NCBI GenBank assembly: GCA_965216245.1
Contig: OZ244145.1
Coordinates: 820,943 to 884,942 of the forward strand
Length of the DNA stretch: 64,000 bases
From: Chloroflexota bacterium
GTDB taxonomy: Bacteria; Chloroflexota; UBA11872; VXOZ01
Reading direction: 5' to 3'
This document shows positions 28,780 to 37,304 of this stretch, in pieces. A program made the translations under genes and the position numbers. The notes below the pieces were generated by a model, which was not told where the DNA came from, ran no database searches, and saw nothing but the letters and a program-made list of their open reading frames with translations. The stretch's first letter is position 1. Every line of letters begins with the position of its first letter.

Positions 28780-30507
28780 CTATTTCGGAAGTGCTTGTAA
28801 CGCCAGGTATGCAGGTCTCGGGTTCAAGTGTTCGTCGAGAATCCCGAAGGAATAAGCGCTGTCAGTCGGTTCGATTTGATTGGCAAAGTTCAAATTGAAA
28901 ACTACCAGTCCGGTGACATACGGAAACCTATGCTTCGCCAGTAGATAGGATTCGGCCAGATACCGCCCCTGGTCTTCGTCGGAAACCTCTACCCCATAGG
29001 GAAATTCAGGATGCAAGTTGTGCGTGGTCCATCCCATCTCCGTCAACCAGATACTCTTACCCGTGTCACCGTACTTTTGCAGCACGTCCCAGTGATTCTC
29101 AAAGCGGCGGAAGTAGAACGACCAGTGGTGTTTGTACGTGGTACCGGACGTCGAGTAGTTATCGGGCGTATCGCCCGGCGCATTATTGAAGCCATATGAG
29201 TGCAACCCGAGCACATCGAAATAGTTGCGGATTATGCCATCGCGGTACTGGTACATAGCCTCCAGGTATGCCACGTCGTCCATGGCAACTCCCTCGCGAT
29301 TGACTCCTGTGGGCGACAAGCCGCCGCTGACGACAATAGCGTTCGGATTCCCGCGCTTCACTCCCCGATAGCCCGCGCCCATGAGCTCAACGAATTCCCA
29401 TGGCGCGACCGTACCATCCCAGTTTCCGGCCAAGTTAGGCTCATTCCAGAGTTCATAGGATTGCACCTGATCGCCGTAACGCGACGCGATGATGGCCAAG
29501 AAGTTTTCAAAGTCGCCGAAATTCGCCGGCGGGCCGTTGTGGAAACTTCCAAACTGCGCCCACCACTCCTCGACGGAGCCAGCAGCGGAGCCTTGCTGTA
29601 CGGCGATTTGATTCCCTGTGGGTCGTACACGGCGCATCCAATAGGGCGATGCATAGATGCCCAGCATCACTTCCAAGCCGTGCCGGTTTGCCGCCTCTAC
29701 AATGCGGTCTACCTGGTCCCACATATACCCGCCGGGATGGAGTTCTACCGCCTTCCACTCTACTTGCTGCTTGATGCCGGTAAAGCCCGCGGCCTTTGCT
29801 AACGCGAGCACGTGCTCGATATTAGGGTCGTAGAAAAGCGAGACTTGCGCGATGAGCTTCAGTTGCGAATCTCGTGCAGGCTGGTCCACTATTGTTTGCA
29901 ACGTGCCACGCAACGAGAGGAAGGCTCGACCTAGCGGCGCCAGTTGTACCTCGTCGGGGGTGCCGGACTTGGTTGGATCATAGCGAAATACGGCTCGTTC
30001 GAAGTATTGGACCGCATGCTGCCAATCGTCATCAGCCGGTAACTCTCCGGAAATCGGCAGCCCAAACACTTGCACACCGCCGTGCTCTTGGAAAAAACGG
30101 AGGAATGCAAAGCGCACGGCATGGCCTGTCTCCGGGAAAAACCGCTGCGCAGACGTCTCTGCTACCGGTTCTTCCTGGGAGAAGAAGCGCCAGTGCGGAT
30201 AAAGCAAGCGACCCAACGGGCTGAACCGCACCTGGCCGCGCTGCGGCCACCACTCCAGCCGCGCATTCTCGAAATATTGGACGACGTGACCGTCTTCGCT
30301 TTGCTCATTAGTCAGCGGCTGTCCTAGAACGCTTTCGCCTCCCATTTGCTCGAAGTAGTCGAGCATAGCCCCATGCACAATAGTATTCGTGGCCTGAAAA
30401 TGCCTCGGCTCCGAATTGGCGAAAACCGGAGTCGGTAGGAGCATGAAGCAGGTAAAGAATAGTAGCAATCGAACATACCAACGCCGTGGGCCAATACCTT
30501 TCATCAT
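28780..30507 (-). CDS. Secreted glycoside hydrolase, clan GH-A (GH5/GH39-like). Its N-terminus carries LGFP-type repeats.
   Basis: Signal peptide. Repeated GQPL/GLPI..QYFE.A blocks match the LGFP repeat. The catalytic acid/base lies in ELWNEPN and the nucleophile in LTEMGW. Confidence 0.7.
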   Translation of the reverse strand: MMKGIGPRRWYVRLLLFFTCFMLLPTPVFANSEPRHFQATNTIVHGAMLDYFEQMGGESVLGQPLTNEQSEDGHVVQYFENARLEWWPQRGQVRFSPLGRLLYPHWRFFSQEEPVAETSAQRFFPETGHAVRFAFLRFFQEHGGVQVFGLPISGELPADDDWQHAVQYFERAVFRYDPTKSGTPDEVQLAPLGRAFLSLRGTLQTIVDQPARDSQLKLIAQVSLFYDPNIEHVLALAKAAGFTGIKQQVEWKAVELHPGGYMWDQVDRIVEAANRHGLEVMLGIYASPYWMRRVRPTGNQIAVQQGSAAGSVEEWWAQFGSFHNGPPANFGDFENFLAIIASRYGDQVQSYELWNEPNLAGNWDGTVAPWEFVELMGAGYRGVKRGNPNAIVVSGGLSPTGVNREGVAMDDVAYLEAMYQYRDGIIRNYFDVLGLHSYGFNNAPGDTPDNYSTSGTTYKHHWSFYFRRFENHWDVLQKYGDTGKSIWLTEMGWTTHNLHPEFPYGVEVSDEDQGRYLAESYLLAKHRFPYVTGLVVFNLNFANQIEPTDSAYSFGILDEHLNPRPAYLALQALPK

Positions 30508-30776
30508 GCTCTGTCTACCTCCCTAATTGCACCGCATTCTCTGCTAGGAGCGCTCAATTCCGTGTCCCGGCCATCGGCAATAGTAATCTCGCGGTATTGC
30601 CATCAACTGGGCACCGCAGAGTAACCCAATGTGGCGAGGACACAAAGCAAGCACTTTGCCACATTATAGCAGATACGGACGCCACTCCACGCTACCGATC
30701 TGTCTTCATTTCGCGAACATACTTTTAGGCGTCGCGCCGCTCTCTCGGACGCTAGACTGCCGTCCTCAATTCACTT

Positions 30777-31910
30777 TCAGCCACCGCGAACAGCACGCAC
30801 CAAATGTGCACGAAGTTCGCTCGCTGCCCGCTCCCACGTGAATCCAGCAGCGCGTTCTCTTCCCGCGGCAATGAGTTGCGCACGCTTGACTTCATCTGTA
30901 GCAAGCACCAAGAGCGCCCCGCCAATGGCATCAACGTCGTTGGGATCTACGAGGATGGCCGCCTCACCCGAGACCTCGGGCAGGGATGACGTATTCGAAG
31001 TGACTACCGGTGTGCCGCACGCCATGGCTTCGAGCACGGGCAGCCCAAAACCCTCGTACAGGCTGGGAAACACAAGAGCGCTCGCGCTGCTGTAAAGGAC
31101 CGCAAGATCCTCATCGGAATCGACGGTAGTCAGGAAGTGCACCCGCTCGGAAACGCCGTGTTCCTGCGGGGCGGCGAGTATCTGCTCGTAGAGCCAGCCC
31201 GGACGCCCCACGTGCACGAGGTGATGGGGCAGCCCAGCATCAACAACCGAGCGCATGGCCGCGATCACGCGGGCAATGTTCTTTCTTGGCTGAATTGTGC
31301 CTACTGTAAGAAAGTAGGAATACGCTATGCCATGTCGCTGAAGCACTGCCGCACGTAAGGCTGGGTTATTGCGGGAACGGAATACCCCGTCAACGCCGCA
31401 ATGAAGCACTTCAATACGGGCGGGCTCGACGTGATATGCGCCTATCAAGTCTTGCCGGGTAGCTTCCGAGTCCGCGAGCACCAATTGAGCGCGCGCGACA
31501 CTGCGCGGAACGACAGATTCCAAGTACGAACGCAAGGAATTCGGGTAGGAGTCTGGAAAGTGAAGGTATGAAAGATCGTGGACGGTGATGACGCCGGGTG
31601 CGCGCCACAGCGGCGGCAAGACGAAATCCGGCGCGTAGAAGACATCGACCCCGCCCGCGAGCAGATCGGCATAGAGAGGCAGCCGCAGCCGATGCCAGAT
31701 GCGCGTCAGCGCGCGCTCGGATAGCGGCAGATACCGATACCTCAATTTAGGAGATACGAGGCGTCGCCAATGCCCTTCTGAGAATCGTGGCATTAAGAGT
31801 GTGATTTGGTCGACGAAGGGCTGTGCTATGAGCGCACTGACAAGCGACCACGTATACCTGCCAATGCCGGCCGGTTGGGTGGCTGCGGTAAAGTCAATTC
31901 CTATTCTCAT
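30777..31910 (-). CDS. Glycosyltransferase family 4. An ATG start at 31910 (MRIGIDF) is preferred over the TTG at 31934.
   Basis: EAMACGTPVVTSNTSSLPEVSGEAA motif. Confidence 0.8.
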   Translation of the reverse strand: MRIGIDFTAATQPAGIGRYTWSLVSALIAQPFVDQITLLMPRFSEGHWRRLVSPKLRYRYLPLSERALTRIWHRLRLPLYADLLAGGVDVFYAPDFVLPPLWRAPGVITVHDLSYLHFPDSYPNSLRSYLESVVPRSVARAQLVLADSEATRQDLIGAYHVEPARIEVLHCGVDGVFRSRNNPALRAAVLQRHGIAYSYFLTVGTIQPRKNIARVIAAMRSVVDAGLPHHLVHVGRPGWLYEQILAAPQEHGVSERVHFLTTVDSDEDLAVLYSSASALVFPSLYEGFGLPVLEAMACGTPVVTSNTSSLPEVSGEAAILVDPNDVDAIGGALLVLATDEVKRAQLIAAGRERAAGFTWERAASELRAHLVRAVRGG

Positions 31911-31983
31911 GACACTAGGAACACCAAACGGCAACTCTGCTTGGAGCCTGTCGTGGCCAACCTATCCATTAGAGCTATGCCGC

Positions 31984-32397
31984 CTATATTGCACAGTCGG
32001 CGAGCCTCGCTAGCAGTTTTTTCGAGGGCTTTGGGCTACTGTAAATGCCCTTAGTCTCCCAAGACTTGGTGTGAAGCCAATCGGTCACCTCTCCTACTAT
32101 GGCAACCAGTTCGTCGTGAAGGATCAAGTACCACTTTCCTCGAACCGGAAACGTCATGTATAAGCCCTTGCACAAGTAGCTTCGGTTGATGGTTAGACGG
32201 GCCTTGAGTTGCACTTTGAGCGTCTGGGTTCCGTCTTTGTGGTATGCAAGAAAGTCTGCACCTTGCCAGTCATCGGACAACTTGAGGCAATTATACCCAT
32301 ACTCCGCAAGCAACCCAGCAACTTTCTGAAAATTGTAGATTTCCTTTTGCTTTGCATTCAGCTCATCATACTTTGCACGCTGTAATCTCACCGCCAC
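31984..32397 (-). CDS. Hypothetical 137-aa protein in a low-GC (about 48%) patch. It may have a PD-(D/E)xK nuclease-like fold (GADFLAYHKDG...LKVQLK).
   Basis: Compositional drop relative to the ~60% flanks. The ORF is intact and on the same strand as the surrounding operon. The fold call is motif-level only. Confidence 0.45.
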   Translation of the reverse strand: MAVRLQRAKYDELNAKQKEIYNFQKVAGLLAEYGYNCLKLSDDWQGADFLAYHKDGTQTLKVQLKARLTINRSYLCKGLYMTFPVRGKWYLILHDELVAIVGEVTDWLHTKSWETKGIYSSPKPSKKLLARLADCAI

Positions 32398-32409
32398 ACT
32401 ACCCCCTTC

Positions 32410-33372
32410 TCAGTGTTGCGAAGCTACTTCCGCGCGATTGCGACCCCAGAGCCGTAGGCGCGCGTGCGTGAAGTAGTAGGCTGCACCGGGAATCAGGACC
32501 AGCCAGTAACTAATGAACCGGTCGAGGATTGCCACTGCCGCTGCCATGTCCACCGGCACGCCAAGCAGCAACATTACCCCTACCATACCCCCTTCCACCG
32601 CGCCCAGGCCCCCGGGGGTGGGTGCGGCGAGCAAGAGCGCGCCTGCCGCAAAGACAAACAGCAGTTGCGGCGCCTCAAGCGAGACACCCATCGCGTTTGC
32701 CACCAGGAAGAAGCGTCCGGCTTCAGCAGCCCATGCCAGCGCAGTAAGTACAATCATGAGCCACAGTGGCTTTGTCGACGCAAAGATACCGCGCTGAAAG
32801 CGCTCGAACCGTTCGCCCAACTTATGGGGCAGCCGTGATAGGAGAGTGCTGTCCAAGCGCCAGAATAGAAACAAGCCGCCCGCCATGAGCACCGCCAAAA
32901 TTCCAACGCTCAGGAGGACTCCTCGCATCTCGCTCAGCAACTCGCCGCGCACAAAGAAGAGTGCAGCAGTTACTGCAATTGCTAGCAGAGCGAGCATATC
33001 AATCACACGCTCCGCAAGTACGCTACCCGTGGTAAGCGCGAATGAAATCCGTTCTCTGCGGCGTAGGATTAGCCCCCGGTAGAGGTCTCCCATCTTGGCG
33101 GGAATCAGATGATTAACGAACCAAGAGAGGAAAATGACCTCTCCCAATAGGCGCGTCGGGACCGTGTGGCCTAGATTTTGCAACATCCTGCGCCACCGCA
33201 CCGCCCGCGGCAGCAACGTTGTGTAGTAAACCATCAACGCAAGCAAATAGAGCCGTATGTCTATTTGCCTGATTTCGGCCCAAATTCCCCGCCAATCGAG
33301 CCCACCCAGGCGCCAAAGCGCGACCAAGAGCGCCGCCGCAACGAGAAAGGAGAAGATCGTCTGCGGACTCAA
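32410..33372 (-). CDS. Flippase-like / lysylphosphatidylglycerol-synthase-TM-domain (UPF0104, PF03706) membrane protein.
   Basis: About 8 TM helices with a conserved Gly-rich C-terminal segment (APTPGGLGAVEGGMVGV), typical of this family. It is commonly linked to GT operons. Confidence 0.65.
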   Translation of the reverse strand: MSPQTIFSFLVAAALLVALWRLGGLDWRGIWAEIRQIDIRLYLLALMVYYTTLLPRAVRWRRMLQNLGHTVPTRLLGEVIFLSWFVNHLIPAKMGDLYRGLILRRRERISFALTTGSVLAERVIDMLALLAIAVTAALFFVRGELLSEMRGVLLSVGILAVLMAGGLFLFWRLDSTLLSRLPHKLGERFERFQRGIFASTKPLWLMIVLTALAWAAEAGRFFLVANAMGVSLEAPQLLFVFAAGALLLAAPTPGGLGAVEGGMVGVMLLLGVPVDMAAAVAILDRFISYWLVLIPGAAYYFTHARLRLWGRNRAEVASQH

Positions 33373-33770
33373 GAAGCGCTGCTTGAAAGTTGCAGGCGCG
33401 CCTTCTGCTGCGTCGTTAGGCTCAATCTGGGAGGAAGTCGTGGGCTCGATGACGTTGTCTCACGTTTCTAGGATGAATTACCTTCTCATAATACCGAATG
33501 CCCTGCAGTCGCCGCTAACCGCCAGGCGATTCTGCGCGCTGCCGCCCCTCATCGCTCTCAAGGGCGGAATCACCGATTGTAGGCCGGCAAACTCCGGCTA
33601 CGCACTCAATGGTTCCCACTACTGGCACACTTGCCTCCCTCATGTGCTAGAGTTCTTCCCTATTAGCCCCGAAACGATGCACCTAGCAGCAAGCTTTGAA
33701 CACCGTTACACTACAAAGATGCATAGAAACAACTCAGCCACCTCCATGGTTAAGGCAAGGAGCAAGAGAA

Positions 33771-34808
33771 ATGGACCTTTTGAAGCGGCTATGTGAAACA
33801 CCAGGCATTCCCAGTCGCGAAGAGGCGATACGAAGTGTAATCTGCGAGGAGTTGGAACCGCTCGTTACAACGACCAGGGTCGACGCCCTGGGCAGCGTGA
33901 TTGCCTACCGCAAGGGGCAGGGCGGACCCAAAGTCATGATCGCTGCCCACATGGACCAGATTGGTTTCATGGCGCGCCACGTGGACGAGAATGGCTTCAT
34001 CCGTTTGCAACCCGTAGGCGGCTTCGATCCCCGCACGCTCGTAGCGCAGCGGGTGCGCGTACACGGCAAGGAAGAACTGACGGGCGTACTCATGCCCGCC
34101 ACCAAACCGACGCACCTGCTGGACGATTCCGAGCGGGGCAAGGCGCTGAAATTGGATGACCTCTTCGTTGACGTGGGGCTCTCCGGCGAACGCACGAAAG
34201 AGCTCGTTCCCCTCGGCACTCCCATTACGTTCGACCGCACGTGCATTGATCTTGGTGACGTGCTCGTGTCGCCGGCCATGGACGACCGCGTCAGCGTTTA
34301 CGTTATGATCGAGGCCATTCGCGGCCTGACCGATCATGTCGCAGAGGTCTACGCCGTTGCTTCCTCCCAGGAAGAGGTCGGTCTGCGCGGCGCGACGGTC
34401 GCGGCCTTTGGCGTCGAACCCGACGTCGGCTTGGCGCTTGACTCAACATTGGCCGTAGACATACCCGGTAGCACGGAAGCGGATCGCGTCTCGAAACTCG
34501 GCGACGGCACGGCAATCAAGATCATGGATTCTTCGCTCATCTGCGACCCGCGCCTCGTGGAACACTCCCGCAAGATCTGTGAGGCAGACGACATCCCGTT
34601 CCAGATGGAGATCTTGCCGCGGGGCGGCACCGACGGCGGCGCTATTCAGCGCACGCGCGACGGCGTGCCGGCGATTACGATCTCAACCCCGACGCGCTAC
34701 GTGCACACAGTCAACGAAATGGTAAACAAAAAGGACGTAGCGGCTACGGTTGACCTGGTGCGGCGCTTCATCGAAACCGCCCATGAAATCGATCTCTCTT
34801 GGGACTAG
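33771..34808 (+). CDS. M42 family metallopeptidase (FrvX/CelM glutamyl-aminopeptidase-like). The start is at MDLLKRL, with an AGGAG RBS 8 nt upstream.
   Basis: VMIAAHMDQIGFM motif and overall M42 layout. Confidence 0.8.
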   Translation: MDLLKRLCETPGIPSREEAIRSVICEELEPLVTTTRVDALGSVIAYRKGQGGPKVMIAAHMDQIGFMARHVDENGFIRLQPVGGFDPRTLVAQRVRVHGKEELTGVLMPATKPTHLLDDSERGKALKLDDLFVDVGLSGERTKELVPLGTPITFDRTCIDLGDVLVSPAMDDRVSVYVMIEAIRGLTDHVAEVYAVASSQEEVGLRGATVAAFGVEPDVGLALDSTLAVDIPGSTEADRVSKLGDGTAIKIMDSSLICDPRLVEHSRKICEADDIPFQMEILPRGGTDGGAIQRTRDGVPAITISTPTRYVHTVNEMVNKKDVAATVDLVRRFIETAHEIDLSWD

Positions 34809-34980
34809 TCCCGCCATTCGCTCCGCAAGCATGAGTGTACAAGAGGGGCCAAGCTCCCGGTTCCGATCCACGATGCGCTCCGGGGGTGATCGCACAGCCT
34901 TCATCCCGGCGCGGAACCCGCCTGGTACTTGATGCGGAACCGGAATCCGATTGTACCAAGCCCCCCATGCACGGGCACAC

Positions 34981-35025
34981 AAAACGTTACGCCTGTGGGT
35001 GGAAGGCCCACAGGCGTAACGTTTT
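34981..35025. terminator. Bidirectional terminator between convergent M42 and CxxCH genes. It has 19-bp perfect inverted repeats (AAAACGTTACGCCTGTGGG / CCCACAGGCGTAACGTTTT), an A-run on one side and a T-run on the other.
   Basis: Palindrome read directly from the sequence. Confidence 0.65.
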
Positions 35026-35062
35026 CTTTCTCACTAGGTAAGACGCTGCGAGCGCCGCGCGC

Positions 35063-35560
35063 CTACTTCACGTCCGCAGAAAAGAGAAAGTCATTGTCGC
35101 GCACGTCGCCGTGGCACTCAGTACAGCCCTCGACTTTGCCCTCGGCCTCTATCATGCCGTCGGCCGCATATTTCAGGAAGAACCACCCGTTCGCATCCGC
35201 ATTCTCGTAGCCGGCAGGCTTATACATCACTGTAACTGCGGCCAGCGTACCGTCGGGCTTGTAGTTCTCTTTGACGACCATACCGCCAACGGGAATACTC
35301 CCCGCCTTGTCTTCAATCGCCTGCATAGCGATCGCGTTGAAGTACGTGCTCAGCAAAGCGCCGTGCGGGTCCTGCCCGGTATACAAGGGCTCCGCTCCCG
35401 GCAAATGCTGCCAGGCGTTCTGATAATCGGCTGCCCCGAGATATTCTATGATGGCGGCTCCGTCGGCAGCCGGGGCCTCAGCACCCATATCCTCGGATTC
35501 TTCGGCGACTGCGCATCCCGCCAACAGCACCATCGCTCCCAAGAGCACGACACTGAGCAT
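35063..35560 (-). CDS. Haem-binding lipoprotein of the cytochrome P460 / cytochrome c'-beta family (166 aa). The start was moved to MLSVVLLGAMVLLAGC; the longer ORF to 36046 runs antisense through the crp gene.
   Basis: Signal peptide plus lipobox LAGC. A single C-terminal CTECH (CxxCH) motif and a size of 160-170 aa, as in P460 and c'-beta proteins. Confidence 0.5.
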   Translation of the reverse strand: MLSVVLLGAMVLLAGCAVAEESEDMGAEAPAADGAAIIEYLGAADYQNAWQHLPGAEPLYTGQDPHGALLSTYFNAIAMQAIEDKAGSIPVGGMVVKENYKPDGTLAAVTVMYKPAGYENADANGWFFLKYAADGMIEAEGKVEGCTECHGDVRDNDFLFSADVK

Positions 35561-35704
35561 CACGAAATTCCTGCGCAGAAGAGAAAATCTACAACGCACA
35601 CTAGCCTCCTTTTTAAACTGCGAATACAGAGAGTTGTGTATGATGATACGTAGTTGCATAGGGCAATTCTGTTGGCTGGACGACATTGACGAAAGGAGAA
35701 TTAC

Positions 35705-36436
35705 GTGAGCGCGCTGAGCAATCTGCTCCCGACCAAGAAACGCAGCCCTATCCTCAGCAAGGACGAGCGCACGGCCCTCCTCATGCGGCATCTCATTCAC
35801 GTAGAACTCTTTCGTGATCTGACGAAAGCAGAGATGGAGCGCCTCTTCGGCCACTTGCCCATGTACTCCTTTCCCAAAGACACACTTGTCTATGCTCCCG
35901 ATGACCGCAGCGAGAACCTCTACATTCTCAAGATGGGGGCCGTAGACATCTACCGTCTTAGCGAAGAAGGCAAACGCCTGAGCATCCGCCGTGTGTTCAT
36001 GGGTAGTGTGTTCGGCGAAATGGGACTGCTGGGGCAGTCGATGCACGGCTGCTTTGCCGAGACGGTCGCGCCCAGCCTCGTGTGCGTGATGACGCGTGTT
36101 GAAATGGAAAGCCTCTTAAGCCAACGACCCGATGTCGGCTTGCGCTTCTTCAAGGTAATTGGGGACCGGCTCAAGGCGCTCGAGGACCAATTGGCGCGAC
36201 TTGCGTTCAGTCCGGTGCGCGCTCGTGTGGCGACCTTTCTCCTCACACACGTAGACCCTGCCAACAAGGAAGTGCGCGGGTTCACACACGAGGAGATTGG
36301 CGATAGTATTGGGGCATTGCGCTCCACGGTCACACAAACCCTGGGCGATATGGCCCGAGTCGGTGTGTTGGAGGTAAGACACAAGTGCATCCACGTGCGT
36401 GACTTGCAAGAACTTGCTGTTTTCGTAAGGGAGTAA
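35705..36436 (+). CDS. Crp/Fnr family transcriptional regulator (cNMP-binding domain plus C-terminal HTH). It has a GTG start with an AGGAGA RBS.
   Basis: C-terminal HTH ([26 protein letters not shown]) and an N-terminal beta-roll region. Confidence 0.75.
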   Translation: MSALSNLLPTKKRSPILSKDERTALLMRHLIHVELFRDLTKAEMERLFGHLPMYSFPKDTLVYAPDDRSENLYILKMGAVDIYRLSEEGKRLSIRRVFMGSVFGEMGLLGQSMHGCFAETVAPSLVCVMTRVEMESLLSQRPDVGLRFFKVIGDRLKALEDQLARLAFSPVRARVATFLLTHVDPANKEVRGFTHEEIGDSIGALRSTVTQTLGDMARVGVLEVRHKCIHVRDLQELAVFVRE

Positions 36437-37179
36437 TGCAGATGTCTGAGTCGGTCGGCGTCACCGTATGGAACGAATTCCGCCACGAGAAGACAGACGA
36501 GCACATCAGGCGGGTATATCCCCGAGGTATTCACGGCGCCATAGCCGAATACCTAGAGCAACAACCGGGTCTATCGGCGCACACCGCGACCCTGGACGAA
36601 CCGGAGCACGGTCTGACAGAAGAGGTGCTCGCCGAGACCGACGTGCTCATCTGGTGGGGACATCAAGCGCACGGCGCCGTGGAAGATGCAATCGTGGACC
36701 GCGTGCATGCGCGCGTGCTGGACGGCATGGGGCTGATCTGCTTGCACTCCAGCCACTTCTCGAAAATCTTCAGGAAGCTCATGGGCACAACCTGCAACCT
36801 CAAGTGGCGCGAAATTGGCGAAAACGAGCGCCTTTGGGTCGTGGACCCCAGCCACCCCATTGCGGCGGGCGTGGGACAATACATCGACATTCCCCATGAA
36901 GAAATGTACGGCGAGTTCTTCGATATCCCTCAGCCGGATAGGCTGGTCTTCGTAAGCTGGTTTCCAGGTGGCGAGGTCTTCCGCAGCGGCTGCTGCTACC
37001 ACCGCGGCCGCGGCAAGGTATTCTATTTTCGTCCCGGACACGAGACTTTCCCCACGTTCTATCAAGCGGAAGTGCGCCAAGTGATCGAAAACGCCGTGCG
37101 CTGGGCAGCGCCCTCGGACGGTCCCGCTCCCGTATTCGGCAACGTGCAGCCGCTGGAAGAAGTGACCGTGCAGGAATGA
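36436..37179 (+). CDS. ThuA-like (trehalose-utilisation, class-I glutamine-amidotransferase-like fold) protein. Its start overlaps the crp stop (TAATG).
   Basis: Size, the VWNEFRHE N-terminus and the LIWWGH/ICLHS blocks are typical of PF06283. Confidence 0.6.
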   Translation: MQMSESVGVTVWNEFRHEKTDEHIRRVYPRGIHGAIAEYLEQQPGLSAHTATLDEPEHGLTEEVLAETDVLIWWGHQAHGAVEDAIVDRVHARVLDGMGLICLHSSHFSKIFRKLMGTTCNLKWREIGENERLWVVDPSHPIAAGVGQYIDIPHEEMYGEFFDIPQPDRLVFVSWFPGGEVFRSGCCYHRGRGKVFYFRPGHETFPTFYQAEVRQVIENAVRWAAPSDGPAPVFGNVQPLEEVTVQE

Positions 37180-37219
37180 CCGTTCGGTGGTATGAGGCTC
37201 GGTGCGTTTGAATACTAAA

Positions 37220-37247
37220 GTAGGGGCGGTTCGCGAACCGCCCCTAC
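37220..37247. terminator. Bidirectional terminator: perfect 14-bp inverted repeat GTAGGGGCGGTTCG/CGAACCGCCCCTAC, flanked by AAA and TTT.
   Basis: Read directly. It lies between the convergent ThuA (+) and SBP (-) genes. Confidence 0.7.
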
Positions 37248-37304
37248 TGTTTAACGTGTCAAAGCGAAAATTGCTCCTCACGCCGCATCCGTACAAACAC
37301 GCAC

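Noticed and set aside
35561-36046. N-terminal 162 aa of ORF 35063-36046 (would give a 327-aa protein).
   Set aside because: That stretch runs antisense through the well-supported Crp/Fnr gene. A Met followed by a signal peptide and lipobox at 35560 gives a coherent 166-aa lipoprotein.
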